Assembly (NCBI RefSeq): GCF_009914755.1
Contig: NC_060940.1
DNA from: the human T2T-CHM13v2.0 reference genome, Homo sapiens
Direction: 5' to 3' (one strand)
DNA length: 64,000 nt
The notes under the pieces were generated by a model that had not been told where the DNA came from, did no database searches, and was given only the letters and a program-made list of their open reading frames with translations. Every line of letters begins with the position of its first letter. Position 1 is the first letter of the stretch. This document shows positions 47,476-62,326 of this stretch, piece by piece. The position numbers were made by a program, and so were the translations under genes.

Positions 47476-48128
47476 TTAGTCTCCACAAACTAAAATAGGA
47501 GTATTTGAAGCTAGATGGCATAATCTGAAGCAAAATAATATTGGGTTTATCCAATGTTTAAGATTCTTGGTACCTTGTCCCCTGTAGGTACAATAGAAAA
47601 CTGAGTTTTAATTCTGGCTAACTCAGAAAAAAACACTTATTTCCCTGCTATTTCCTGAAGAGCTTATAAAATAGATATTTGAGAGGTATAAATATGCAAG
47701 CATTTTTTTGTCGTCTTCAGACCATTGTAACAGAAAGAAGGCTGAACTCACCAGAGGCAGGTAAACATCCCATTGCTGGAATGTTCCAGTAATTTCAATC
47801 ATAGCCATGTATTTCCTTTGAAGTGGACGTGTGGTTTATTATTATCAGTGAGAGTCCCTGCACGTTGCAAGGATATCGGATATGACTAACATGTGAGTCA
47901 AATGCAGATGGACGATGTAGTCATCCTTACTTATCATTTACCAATAATTCTATTTTTGTCCCAGTTTCTTGATGTCATTTTGGTGAAATTCAACTTGATT
48001 AATCCCATGTGAGTAGTTCACAATTATCTACTTCATTACGTTGATCACTTGGTCACTAATTAATCAAAGTCTAGTACTGGGATGCCCCGTGGTACTCACC
48101 CCATAAAAACAGAAGCAATGGTTCACTA

Positions 48129-48208
48129 TTATGCTGGTGTAAGGGTAATTGCAGTCTTCGGCATTAAAAGTAATGGCAAAAACCACAGTTACTTTTGCAC
48201 CAACTTAT
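48129..48208. mobile_element. MADE1 (Hsmar1 mariner MITE), 80 bp, palindromic
   Basis: gtaattgcagtcttcggcattaaaagtaatggcaaaaaccacagttacttttgcaccaac. Confidence 0.88.
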
Positions 48209-49095
48209 TAACTGGCTACTAGTTTACCCAGGCTAAATAGTGTAAAATACACATGACTATTTTATTAAATAACTCCTCTCTGAGAAGAAATTACTCCAAA
48301 ATCTTTGAAGACAAGGCAGGAAAGTTGTTGAAAAAGCACCTGTATGGTATTTGAATGTTCCCCATACTGTTAAGAGCTCTCTCATTCCCCCCTCCCCTGC
48401 CCCGAAACCTTATAAAGGGTCTTTACTCTCCGTATGAGAATCTTAGGGAATCTTTCCCAACTCCACCTCCCATCTGCCCTCTGAATACTGCTTGTCCAAT
48501 TGGCAAAACTCAGTTTCTCATATGCTTGTCTCAGACCTCTTTGGAGCTGACACATGGATCACACCATTTCTTTGGTCCCTGGGCCCCTTTTCATTCTCAC
48601 CTGTGAGCTTCTATACCCATTTTTTCCAATCCATCTATATTTTAACTCTGCTCCACCTCTCCCACCATTTAGGTACCCAGTCCAGGTCAGAGCCCCAAGC
48701 CCCTCACTTGCTGGGGAATCAAATTCAGAATCACAAAGTAGATTCACTAAGGAGTTCCTTTCTCAGCCTCAAAGAACAGACCTAAAAAGACATTTCAGCA
48801 ACTCATCATTTTATTCAAACGTTGGCCTACATCATATTTTTGCTATATGCCAAATTTTGCAAAGTAATAAGATGGTCATCATGAGAAATGTCACTTTCTC
48901 TTTGATCAGGGACAGTCAGCTAACATAGTCAACTTTATGCCTCATTCTCATTCCCCTCACTTTGCCAAGGCTTAATTAAATTTGTTTTCAAGATTCCTCC
49001 AGTTCCGGACCAAACAATTGCCATTTTTTTCATGCATAACAAGAGATGTCCATTTTCATTAGCAATTGCTTAATGTGGGAATCTTTCATTTTCAG

Positions 49096-49151
49096 GCTCA
49101 TCCAACATGGTAACTGGAGAGACCAAGAGCTTCTTCAGCTTTGCAAAATCA
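49096..49151 (+). CDS. VAT1L: VAT1L coding exon (probably exon 6), 56 nt, (G)[18 protein letters not shown]
   Basis: Acceptor ctttcattttcag|GC, donor TCA|gtaagt; required to restore phase between the flanking exons; found by manual reading. Confidence 0.93.
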
Positions 49152-49206
49152 GTAAGTATCCAGGCACATCTGATGTACTGTGGTGGCATGTTGATTCACA
49201 TGTTGA

Positions 49207-49511
<305 letters not shown>

Positions 49512-50093
49512 TGTGAGCTCTTCTATCATAAGGCATTGACTTAATCTTGTCTTTCAATTTCCTCGTTCATTTCCCATAAAACCTGCACTCCTGCCCTATT
49601 CCCTGCAAATGGTCAGGACCAGAATTTAGACTACTTTTGTCTAAATGAAACAGAGAGGTGGGAGTGTCAGAGAAACTCAAGAAAGCTACAGCTTTATTTC
49701 AGTCAAAATTGCTTAAGTGTTGGTGTCTTTAATTATTGGTCAAAAATGAACTTAGCATTAGTGCATTTTCTTTGCTCCATAGAGCGGCCAGCCTTTCACT
49801 TTGCTACTTTCTGACCAGGTCTCTGGGGGTACTTGAGATTTCTCTGTCTCCCCATCCTCTTGAATCGGAGATAGAAATGAGGACCCTATGACCTTAACAA
49901 GATCCTGAGGTGACTTGTAGACTCAGACAAGCTCATGAACCACTCTCTTGGGTGATCATGCTTTCAATATGGTGGTTAGTTTGTCGGCCATTGCAAAGCG
50001 ACATCCCTGGGCATTCACCTCACTACAAATTGACTCTGATCTATCTTCCTATCTGGAGCTATACTTGCTAGAATTATACTGATGTTGGCTTGA

Positions 50094-50399
<306 letters not shown>

Positions 50400-50518
50400 T
50401 AAATATCATTTCAACACCCCTTCCCCAGCCCAAATTCCTTCTCTTCTTTGAAATGAACCACCAGTACACCAGCACCAGCCCATGTTGCTTTTTTTTTTTC
50501 TTCGCACGTTCCAGGGTA

Positions 50519-51075
50519 TTTTTTTTTTTTTTTTTTTTTTTTTTAGTAATTTCAACTTTTTAGATTCAGGAGGTACCTGTGCAGGTTTTTTGCCCGGGTA
50601 TTGTATGATGCTGAAGTTTGGGGTACAAATGATCCTCTCATTCACATAGTGAGCATAGTACCCAATAGTTTTTCAACCCCTGCCCCCCTCCCAGTCCCCT
50701 TTAGTGGTCTGCAGTGTTAACTGTTCCCATATTTATGTCCATGAGTACCCAGCTCCCACTTAGGAGAGAACATGCAGTATTTGTTTTTATGTTTCTGCAT
50801 TAATTTGATTAGGAAAATGAGCTCCAGCTGCATCCACGTTGCTGCAAAGGACATGATTCCATTCTTTTTTATGACTGCATAGTATTCCATGGTGTATACG
50901 TCTCACATTTTATTTATTCAGTCCACCATTGATGGGCACCTAGGTTGATTCCATGTGTTTGCTATTGTGAATAGAATGGCAATGAACATACGGGTGCATG
51001 TGTCCTTTTGATAGAACGATTTACTTTCTTTTGGATATATACCCAGTAATGAGACTGCTGGGTCAAATGGTAGGA
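50519..51075 (-). mobile_element. Older L1PA 3' end
   Basis: Poly-T, tttagattcagg..gtac.tgtgcaggttt, gctgcaaaggacatgatt, ggatatatacccagtaatg. Confidence 0.9.
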
Positions 51076-52379
51076 ACTTTTATTTTTACCCCTCCCCAAC
51101 AGGGGATTGCTGCTTTTCACAAGGGTTTATTTTTGCCCCCTCTACTTTTGGACTTCTATGTGCCAGTGCAGCGTCAATTGATCCACTCATTTGACAGGCA
51201 TTTTCTGAGCACCTGCTTTTTGTGGTATTGTGCCAAGCACTGGGCTATTACAGCACATAAGATAGGTGCACTTTGGGCCTTTTTGGTTCTTATATACTAA
51301 TGAGGGAGACAAACCCAAAATAAGCAAGATATGTTAATTAACATGATTATAAATGGCTATTAAACCTCTGAAGAGGATAAAAATCAAGTGCTAAAATAGA
51401 AAATAGCAGGGTGGGTGGAGGCAATTAAAACAAAGTGGTCAGTGAAAAGTATGGTAAGGAGTTTGGAATTCATTCTAAGTATAGCACTATGTGCTATTCA
51501 TATGCCCTCAAAGTGCCAACATCAGCTTCCAGAAACATCAGCCCCAAACATTCTGGAATGGATAATACTCCCTGCATTTGTGAGATTCAAATCAAAGGTC
51601 TTCTCTTTGCATTTGGGCTTTAAAATATGGGTCAAGGATCATCCTAACTACAGAACCGACAGGAGGAGCAAGAATGGAGTGTAATGAAGGATGCTGTCTG
51701 GAGTGTGTCCCCTGAAGACAGGCTTTGTGCCATGCACAGCTGCTCTGTTGCTGTGGCTGTAATTAACATGATGTTGACAGACTGCTGTGGGTAACCACAC
51801 TGGTCCCAAATTACATACAATTGTAAGAAGTGTTTTCCCTTTCTCCTCTAAATGCACAATCCCAACACACAGTGTTAATGAAATAATTGCAGCGTGCCCA
51901 TGCTCAATGAAGGCATTCATAAATGCACAGCCAGGATGGGGATGGAGATTCCTCTGCCCAAAGCAGGGGTTCCTATTTCCAGAACGCTTTGTACCTGGAG
52001 GTCAAGAATGAGGATGTTTTCTTTCAGAGGCCTGCTCAAACACTGAGGGTCATTTGGAAGAAAACTGAAGAGAGGGCCTACGAAGAGGTGGAACTTTGCT
52101 CTGAAAAGTCCTAGAAAAAAAATTTTTCAATGTATTCAAGAAGGGCTTAGAAATTAAAGGTCGACTGGAATTATACAGGAATTTCCCACTCAGTTATCTT
52201 AATGATGTTGCATCTTAAAATCGCTGCAGTTTGTGCCTCACTATTTGTCAAACATGCTATTTTCTTTCACACCATAACGATGATGATACTAATAGAAGAA
52301 GTTAACATTTACAGAGCAATCTGACTCCAAATTTGGAGCTCTTATTCACTAAACCAAAAACATCTTGTTCAAATTAAGA

Positions 52380-52605
52380 TAATAAAAGTGGTGTATGTTT
52401 ATAGAGCACCTCATGCGTGGCAGACACTGTGCTAAGCACTTGATATGCATTAACACATTTACTCCTCATAACCACCCCATGAGGAACAGTGAGGAAATTG
52501 AGCACAGAGAAGTTAAGAGATTTGCCTAAAGTCACACAGCTAGTAAGTGACAAAGCTGAGATTCAAAACTAGGCATTCAGCTCTATAACCTTCTTAACCA
52601 CAACT
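52380..52605 (-). mobile_element. MIR
   Basis: gaggaaattgagcacagagaagttaag...gtcacacagctagtaagtg. Confidence 0.8.
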
Positions 52606-52698
52606 GTACATTTGCAGCAAGCATTCATTCCACAAACATTCACTGAGGCATTGCAGATACACTGTGAATCAAGTTATTATTTTTCTATATTTGCTGTA

Positions 52699-52860
52699 TT
52701 TCCCAAGTTGGTTTGTTTTAAATGAGGGTCCTAAAAATCACTGTCCCATAGAATAGAATTTTGGATGTAAGGAATACGTTAAGTTATTTAGTGATTTCCA
52801 AACCACATGCCTCACCACACCATCTGTGCCACAAACCCTTGCCAGGTAAGACCATCAAAA
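52699..52860 (+). repeat. Copy 1 of a ~150-bp direct repeat flanking the 195-nt exon
   Basis: Aligns to 54826-54988 (ggtttgttttaaatgagggtcctaaaa ... aaccctt.ccaggtaag.cca). Confidence 0.9.
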
Positions 52861-53389
52861 CTGAAAGCCAAGAAACCTAAGGTCAAATGCGTGGCTCTTA
52901 TTGGTCCCCCGGCCCTCTCCGAATGTGCTTTTGTAAATAATTTTGTATATGAACCTCATCATTGTTTTCAACCTGCCTTTTCCATGCTTATTCTCCTAGT
53001 GACATGAGCTTCCCAATTAAAAAAAATAAAAAATTTTCACTTTAGTCAGTCTCCTTAATTCTTTTCGAAAACAGGATATAAATGAGCTCAATGATAACAT
53101 AAAGGCTATCAATGTTTCTAAATGCCCATCACATTCCTCTTTGCATCCTGTATTGAAATGATTTTGAACATCTTATCCCCTAGAATCCCCCAGAAACTGG
53201 ACGCTTGGATTTCTAACCTATAACCAGCACCAAAGGAAAAGCAATTAAATCATAACAAAGCAGTTGGATCCCCATTTCTCTAGGTTTCCAGTGGATTATT
53301 TACTTATTTTGATATGAAGGGAGGAGATGACAGACTGGAAAAGAGATGGCCACATTAAATAGTTTGTAGGTATTTCACCCAGAACTTTA

Positions 53390-53635
53390 GTCCAGGGCAT
53401 CTCGGCTTTAATGCTATGGATATTTGGGGCTGGGTAATTCTTTGTTGTGGATTTTTCTTTGCTGTGAATATTCTTTGTCCTGAGCACTGTGGGATGTTTA
53501 GCTGCATCCCTGGCTTCCACCCACTAGACGCCAGTAGCACCACCTCCCGCTTCAGTCATCACAAACAAACAAAAATCCCCAAACAATATCAAATGCCTTC
53601 TGGGGGACAAAACTACCCCCAGTTCAGAACCATTG
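53390..53635 (-). mobile_element. MER20
   Basis: ggggctgggtaattctttgttgtgg...gcactgtgggatgtttagc...ccactaga.gccagtagcacc...gggggacaaa...agaaccattg. Confidence 0.8.
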
Positions 53636-54119
53636 ATTCAGTCCCAACAATTTGGCCTCATCATTTCTTCATGCTGTTACTTCTTCCTAAATCACCCCTC
53701 CTCCCTCTTCATCCGATGGATCCCTACCCGCCTCCCCAGATTTAGCCTTATCAAAACCACTCCCCCAGGAAAGCTGCTTCTGCAGTCAGAGTGGCCACCT
53801 CCATCATGTTCCCCACCACATTGTGTAAACTTTTCTGCCATCCTAGTTCCTTTAACAACCCCATCATCACCACCACCATTCACTGAGCCAAGTGCTTTAC
53901 ACTTAATCACAGAGAACGTTGTAGAGCCACGATTCAAGTCCGGAGCTGATGATCCTGACCATGTACTTAATATTTCAACTACATGTGGCCATGTAGTTAG
54001 TTTTGGGCTCTCTCTCCCACTTAGACCTGAGCGTCTCATAAGCATCAATGTCTATTGCTTCCCATGCACTTGCAACAGTGCCTAGAAAAATAGATGCTTT
54101 TAAAAAAAATACACCACTG

Positions 54120-54384
54120 TCCAAGGCGGGTGGATCACGAGGTCAGGAGTTCAAGACCAGCCTGGCCAAGATGGTGAAACCCCATCCCTACTAAAAATAC
54201 AAAAATTAGCTGGGCATGGTCGTGGGCGCCTGTAATCCCAGCTACTCGGGAGGCTGGGGCAGAGAATTACTTGAACCCGGGAGGCAGAGGTTGCAGTAAG
54301 CTGAGATCATGCCACTGCACTCCAGCCTGGGCTACAGAGTGAGACTCCATCTCAAAAAATAAAAATAAAAAATAAAATAAAAAA
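54120..54384 (+). mobile_element. 5'-truncated AluS ~150 nt upstream of the 195-nt exon
   Basis: Alu consensus; TSD AAAAAATACACCAC. Confidence 0.92.
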
Positions 54385-54538
54385 ATACACCACCAAGAGC
54401 AACCCCTTGGCCAGCTGGAATCTGCTGAGCTGCAGCCCCACGTTCCCCCTGTAGTAGCTGATGACATCAGCAATGCTGCCAATGTAGGCTTAACCCCGGT
54501 ATTGAGTTCCTATAACCCAATACCACCTCTCTTTGCAG

Positions 54539-54733
54539 TGGTGGCAGGTGGAGAAGGTGAACCCCATCAAGCTGTATGAGGAGAACAAAGTCATCGCGGG
54601 GTTTTCCCTTTTAAATCTGCTCTTCAAACAAGGCCGGGCGGGCCTCATTCGGGGAGTGGTGGAAAAACTCATAGGGCTCTACAACCAGAAGAAGATCAAG
54701 CCTGTGGTGGACTCCTTGTGGGCTCTGGAGGAG
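54539..54733 (+). CDS. VAT1L: VAT1L coding exon (probably exon 7), 195 nt, symmetric phase 0, WWQVEKVNPIKLYEENKVIAGFSLLNLLFKQGRAGLIRGVVEKLIGLYNQKKIKPVVDSLWALEE
   Basis: Acceptor cctctctttgcag|TGG, donor GAG|gtaaga; continuous frame. Confidence 0.96.
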
Positions 54734-54825
54734 GTAAGAATGGTGCTTTTCTTCTGCAAATAAACTCCTCTTTTTAACTCAGGAAGGTTTGGGCAGCCAA
54801 ATACAATCTTCTACTAAATGATTTT

Positions 54826-54988
54826 TTTCCCAGACGGGTTTGTTTTAAATGAGGGTCCTAAAAGTCACCTGTACCACAGAATAGTACTTTGGATATAAGA
54901 AATACTTTAAGCTCTTTGGTGATTTGCAAACCACGTGCCTCATCACACCATTTGTGCTCTGAACCCTTCCCAGGTAAGGCCACCAAAT
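54826..54988 (+). repeat. Copy 2 of a ~150-bp direct repeat flanking the 195-nt exon
   Basis: As above, offset ~2127 bp. Confidence 0.9.
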
Positions 54989-56734
54989 TTTGATCAATGT
55001 CTACAATTCGGTGTGGTCACAAGAGCATGTGTACATTGTTGAGGCATCATACATATTGTCACCTTGTGAGTACATAAGAGATCAGTGTCAGAGCAGACAG
55101 TGATCTGAGCTAAAATGATTTGTGTGCTCCGCTGGATGCCTTGAGCCCCGATGAGACATTAGCTATCACGATGGACTTTGGAATTACTGCTGAATTGTTG
55201 GGTCTAAAGTTGGATTGAGTCTTTTTGTTAGTTGATCTTCCAAAAGTTATAGTATTTGGAAGCATTCCTTGATCACAAGAACATTAAGAACCCCTAATGG
55301 AGCCTCGAAGGATACTGAAGCATGAACTGGTTGTATTGGTTCACATGGCCCTTGCTAGGAGAAGGCAGGGTCTAGAAAATCCTTCAAGTAAGGGGAAGGT
55401 TTGGGCATTTGGGGAGTCAGTTAATGGCAGCTCCTTGTAGAAGAAATGAAGAGATGTGGCCTGGATTTTAAGAGGCATTTCGCTAAGAAACCTAAGTCAA
55501 GATTTCTTAGCCTTGGCTTCAGGGAGCCATGACGCCCCTGAAAAATATTTTAAAATATGTGGGAATGTTTTTTTTTTCATTGTTTTGCATTTTGCATGAG
55601 GGAAGTGCCTTATGGTACAAGTACTTTGTTGTACTTTTGCAAGTCACAAATACTTTTTAAAAAAATAACAAGTACGAAAGTTCTAGTGGGTGTGCTTCTG
55701 GCAAGAAGGCTGTGTCTGTTTGCCTGAACGATTACATTGGCCCAAATCCAATGGCTTCTCTAAGCACAGAAATACCACTAGAAAGGCTCTTTGGGGGTCA
55801 CTGTATATTCAAATACAACTGGTCCTAGATCAATGGAGCAGGAATGTGCCTATATCTCTCTCTAATACTGCAGTGTCATGGATGGGCTTAAAACCTTTAG
55901 CCACCAAAAACCTTGTTTCTTATGACAAAATAAATACTCATTACAGAAATTCCTAAATTAACCAAAAACATAAGGAGAAAATAAACTGCAAGTCCACATT
56001 CCAGAGAAGGATAACATTGTTAACATTTCGGTTTGCTTCCTTCCAGTCTTTTTTCTATTGCAGATGCTCACCGTGATTCAATTTAGTGCTAAATCGTATC
56101 AGATAATTGTGCATGCCTTCTGCTGTGTAATTGCCAATACAGCTAGCCTATTGCTATAATTTTCTTTAAATGTTTTTAATTCAGTGAGTCAGACACCCAT
56201 ATGGTATTCACTATCATATCTCATTGGAACAGGGAAAGGGCTGGGCTACCTGGTTACTGGGTTCTCAATGGTCAGGAAGGAGAGAAAACGGAATCATCAA
56301 GAAAAAAGCTAAGAGATATACTTGTCCATGGGCCAGAGAAGGTGACTTACACTTGAACTCAGTGCCCAAAAGGACCCAACAAATCTGGTAACATTTAAGT
56401 GAGAATTGAAATCCAAGAGGAGTCCACTTGGCCCAGTGGGTTCTTGTTCTAGTATTTGAAATCACCCCTTGGTTACAATGGTAATTGAATCACCAAACAT
56501 TTACTGAACAACAACTATGTGCCCAGTACTGGGCAAATGCTGGAGCTACAATGATGAACAAATGGACAAGATCCCATGACTTCATGGAGTTTTCATTCAG
56601 AGGAGTAGGAGGAGATAGAAAATACTGAAGTAAACAATAATAAGCAAGGTAGCTGCCTGTCGTAATAAGTTCTTAGAAAGAGATAAATTTGGATATACGT
56701 TGGTGAGTGGAGGGGGGAGACTTAGTTTCCACAG

Positions 56735-56980
56735 AGCAATGTTGCTTAACTTATTTTTCATTGTTGCTCCTCTAAAGAGACTTTTTAGATATTATTTTGC
56801 CTAATAAACTCATGAAGTTTTACTACCATATATGTGTGTGTATGTACACATACATGTGTGTTTATGTCCTGTGTGTATATCTGTATTTTATATGTTAAAA
56901 GAGTAACTTTATTTTATCTTCCAAGAGCCAGTGTTCATCCCACTGGGGTGATATCATGCTTATTGAGAATGCATGCTGTA
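56735..56980. mobile_element. Probable hAT-type DNA transposon relic (subfamily not assigned)
   Basis: catgaagttttactaccat...aaaagagtaa...ccaagagcca...ggggtgatatc...ttgagaatgcatg resembles a remembered MER consensus. Confidence 0.5.
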
Positions 56981-57769
56981 GAGAAACTTTAAAGAGGGAA
57001 GGTTTCTCTCAATAGGTATCATTGGAGCTGGAACATGAAAGAGGCAAGAAACTAAAGGGAGAGAATTCAACACAAGGAGATCCCTAAAAACAAAGGGGTG
57101 AAGAACAAAAGATTTTGGTAAATCCCAAAGGGGCATTATTGTGAGCCAAGGAGGGAATGGTACAAGGAGAGTCTGAGTAGGTTAACAAGGGCTGGATGGA
57201 AATTTGGGTTTTACTCTAAGCAGCAGGGGGCTGCTATAGGTTCAGAGTCAGGAGGTACCACATCCTGGTCCCAAGGGTGTTATCCATCAGGACAGAAGCT
57301 GAAATTGCCAGGCAGGATCCTGGGCAACTAGGCAACTACAGAAGTCTGATATTCAAGGAAGATCTCATTCCAGCTAAGGAATAGGAAAAGCATGCTAACT
57401 ACAGACCAGGAAGCCTCCCAATGGAGAAGCTCAGCTAGCATTAAGGAGGGTCTGGCCAGGCACAGATGGTACACGTGAGGCAGCAAGACTCATCTCCAAC
57501 CCTCAGTGCTGGGGGAAATGGTGCTTCATGTGTGCTGGGGTTGTCAGCACTGGCTCAAAGACTGAGTCCACTAAGGATACAGAGCAAAGGTACTCAGGAC
57601 CAGCACTAATGAGAGATGAGAAAGCCAAGGCTGGCAGCGTGCTTGACTGAGTCATGCATCATATGCAGGCAGGTCTGGGACTTTACCTTGAACATACTTC
57701 TTCCATCTTTATTCTTAGCACTGTCGTCTAAGCTGGGTGGACTCAAGCAATACCTAAACCAAATCATGT

Positions 57770-58330
57770 CCAACCTTGCTTAAAATCCTTCCATGGCTTC
57801 CTGCTATACCTGAAATACAGTCTAAATTCCTCATTGAGGTCTGTAAGGCCCTGCACTGTGTGACTCCTGCCCATCCATTACCCTCACCTCCTCCACCCAA
57901 GCTTCAGCAGCATTCATGTTTCTGGTCCTTGAGCCCACCCAGGCCTTCCCTGTCTTGAGCCTTCAAACATGTTGCTCCTTCTATTTTGAACACTCCTTTT
58001 CCCAATTTTTGACAGTCTGCTTCCTTCAGGTCTCAGCGTCAGTATGACCTGTACAGAGAAGCCTTCCCCAGCCCCACTCTTGAAAGTAGCACCTTGCACA
58101 GCCACTGCAGACCAGGCCATTCTGTCTCCCTTTACTCCATTTGATACTCTCCATTGCATTTACTGCCAGTTGAAATGATCCTGTTCTTTTATTTCTCAGC
58201 TTGCTTAGACTGTTGCCTCCCTTCCACTAGAATTTAAACCCTACATGAGGGAAGACCTAGACTATATTATTCCAGACCCCAGTGCCTGGCATGGAATAGG
58301 TGCTCAGTACATACTTACTGTGTGAATGGA
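57770..58330 (+). mobile_element. L2 3' region
   Basis: cttgcttaaaatccttccatggcttcc...cccagtgcctggcatggaataggtgctcagta...gaatg. Confidence 0.75.
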
Positions 58331-58506
58331 ACAATCCACCAATACAGAGAAAGAGGACTAGTTGGACATTTTCTATGTTTAACAATAAATATGTGTTGAT
58401 TGAGTGAATTAATGAATAGATGAATGAATGACTGAACAAGGTATAATTTTAAAAGATTATGTTAAGACAAGGTTTCTCAAAATAAGTAAATACATAAATA
58501 AAAGAC

Positions 58507-58726
58507 AGGGTTTCTCAGCCTGGGCATGATTGAGATTTTGGGCTGAATAATTTTTTTGCTGGGTAGGGAGGGACTGCCCTGCGCACTGTAGAATGGTGAG
58601 CAGCATCTCTGGCCTCTACTCCCGTACCGCCAGCGGTGGCAATAGAAAATGTCCCCAGACATTGTCAAATGTCTCCTGGGTGGGACAAGGGTAGGGGCAA
58701 AACCACTCCTACTTGAGAACCACTGC
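58507..58726 (-). mobile_element. MER20
   Basis: cagggtttctca...aaaatgtccccagacattgtcaaatgtctcctggg...ttgagaaccactg. Confidence 0.85.
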
Positions 58727-59362
58727 TTTTAAAAGAAGCCACGATGGCAAAGACAGTCACCAGCCAGATAAAGGAATTCTACGTTCCTGTAGCAAGATAG
58801 TCCTCCACAGAAAGGAGAGAGACAGCTGTAGCCTGTTTGCCAACAACAGCACCCACAGCCACTCATCAAGAACACCCACCGACTTTCTGCCGGCTTTCTG
58901 CAATATCTACAGACATCTGTTTGGAGCTGCAGTCGGACCAAACGTGGCTGTTTATCAAGCCCACGCAGCTCTTCTGGGCTTGAGGAGAGTGTAACATGCT
59001 TATTACTTGCAAACCTCTGAAGGACTGTAATGATTTTTCCCCTCCCGTTTGGTAAATGATTGCACAAAATTGCTTCTCAATCCAGCTCTATAACTTCATC
59101 TATGGAATATAAAGCCCACAGGGATTCAAAGAAAATTTTATTGGGCTCTCTGAGCCTCAGACTAGAAGATTTAATAATATCAGAGACGATTAAAGTTTCC
59201 TCTTAGCCATCTGTCTTTGACTTTATTGTAAATTTAATTCACAAAGCAGAGTGGGTCTACTGCAGCCTCGGGTTTGCTTCCAGATACTAAATGTGCAGCT
59301 GTACGTTAAGTTGGAAGAAAGTTAGTCTCACCAAACAGTTTAGAGATGGAAAAGAAATAAAA

Positions 59363-59586
59363 AATACTTGCATTTTTCAACCAAGCAGCAGTAACAGTGT
59401 TGAGAGCCTACTGTGTGCTGTGTGCTAATCCTCTTTTAGGATATTGAGTCTACAGAAGTCCTAGACAACATGTTAATACTTGCATTTGTCAACCAAGCAG
59501 CAGTAACATTGCTGAGCACCTACTATGTGCTATATGAAAATCCTATTTTAGAATATAAAATCTACAGTAGTCATAGACAACGTGTT
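59363..59586. repeat. Tandem duplication, 112-bp unit x2
   Basis: aatacttgcattt.tcaaccaagcagcagtaaca...tctacag.agtc.tagacaac.tgtt at 59363 and 59475. Confidence 0.92.
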
Positions 59587-59735
59587 TCCTGCCCTTGAGT
59601 TTATAATTTAATGTCTGAGACAAAAATAAAATCTATAAAACAATTAGACAATAACTTAGTATGCAATAACAGAGTATTAATTTCAACTGCAACTGGCTTT
59701 GAAAACAAGAGAGAACAATGTTAAGAGTGAATGTT

Positions 59736-60122
<387 letters not shown>

Positions 60123-60555
60123 TTACCAGAAATAGATATGACAAGCAGGAGGCACAGCATGAACAACATCACAGAAGTGGGAGTGAGTATGGAGTGGGTG
60201 GGGTAGAGAGAAAAGTCTGGGCTAAACAAAGCAGAAGTTGCTGGCTGTAGAGGAGAGGAAGTAAGATTTGTTTGGTCAATGGAGTCAAATCATGGTCCCC
60301 TTTGCTGCCAGGCAGAGGAGTTTGAGCTTACATCCTGGGTAGGGGGATTGCTGTTGGAGAGTATGGGGCCTAAGAAGCATGACACCATTTCATCTTCTCC
60401 TTTCCCTGAGGCCCACTCTGGCCCCAAGTATGATCACTGTAAAGATTCACACTTAGATACAGCTGTGGTCTCTGATTAAAATTGCTTTCCCCCATCTGCC
60501 ACTTCATAGTACACAGAGGGCTGCACAGAGATCTCAACAATTTTTTAAATGTTCA

Positions 60556-61395
<840 letters not shown>

Positions 61396-61720
61396 GCTGG
61401 TCTATGAGACGGTATCATCCTTTTTTGGGGAGGTAGGAAAAACTTTGTCTTCCTCACTTTGGCTGTAGTGAAGGTCGCTGTCCAAATGCAGTCATTTATT
61501 GGATGTAAGTGTCCTCAGTCTCGCTGAGTCTTCTGCATTTTTACCTCCATGTTAATGACTATGGTTTAATTAGATTTGTGTTTTTCATTCTAAGCTGTCA
61601 CTAAACCTGTACAGAGATAGACTGGCCTGAAAGAATAAATGAAGGAAGAAAATGTGATGCTGAGCTTGACAGGGACCTTTATCTGTCCCAGGACAAGAGG
61701 GTAACTTGATAAAAAGATTA

Positions 61721-62081
<361 letters not shown>

Positions 62082-62326
62082 TCAGTTCTGAAGAAACTTC
62101 AACTCTAGCACCAGACTGGGAAGGGGACAGAGAGGATGAATGAGGCCAAGCATCCAAAACAGATACTGCACCCCAAACTAGGAGGCAAAGACTCAAGGAG
62201 AAATTGTGGAAAGTCCAACTTAACTATGGCAGATTTCAACTAGCTGGCATGGACCCTCTTTAAAGATTTAGGAGCTCCTTCTGAGGCACTGAGCACAGTG
62301 TGGGGCAAGGATTTAAAAGCATCTCC

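Noticed and set aside
54782-55408. 14-bp exact repeat ggaaggtttgggca about 610 bp apart
   Set aside because: Too short to distinguish from chance without flanking similarity
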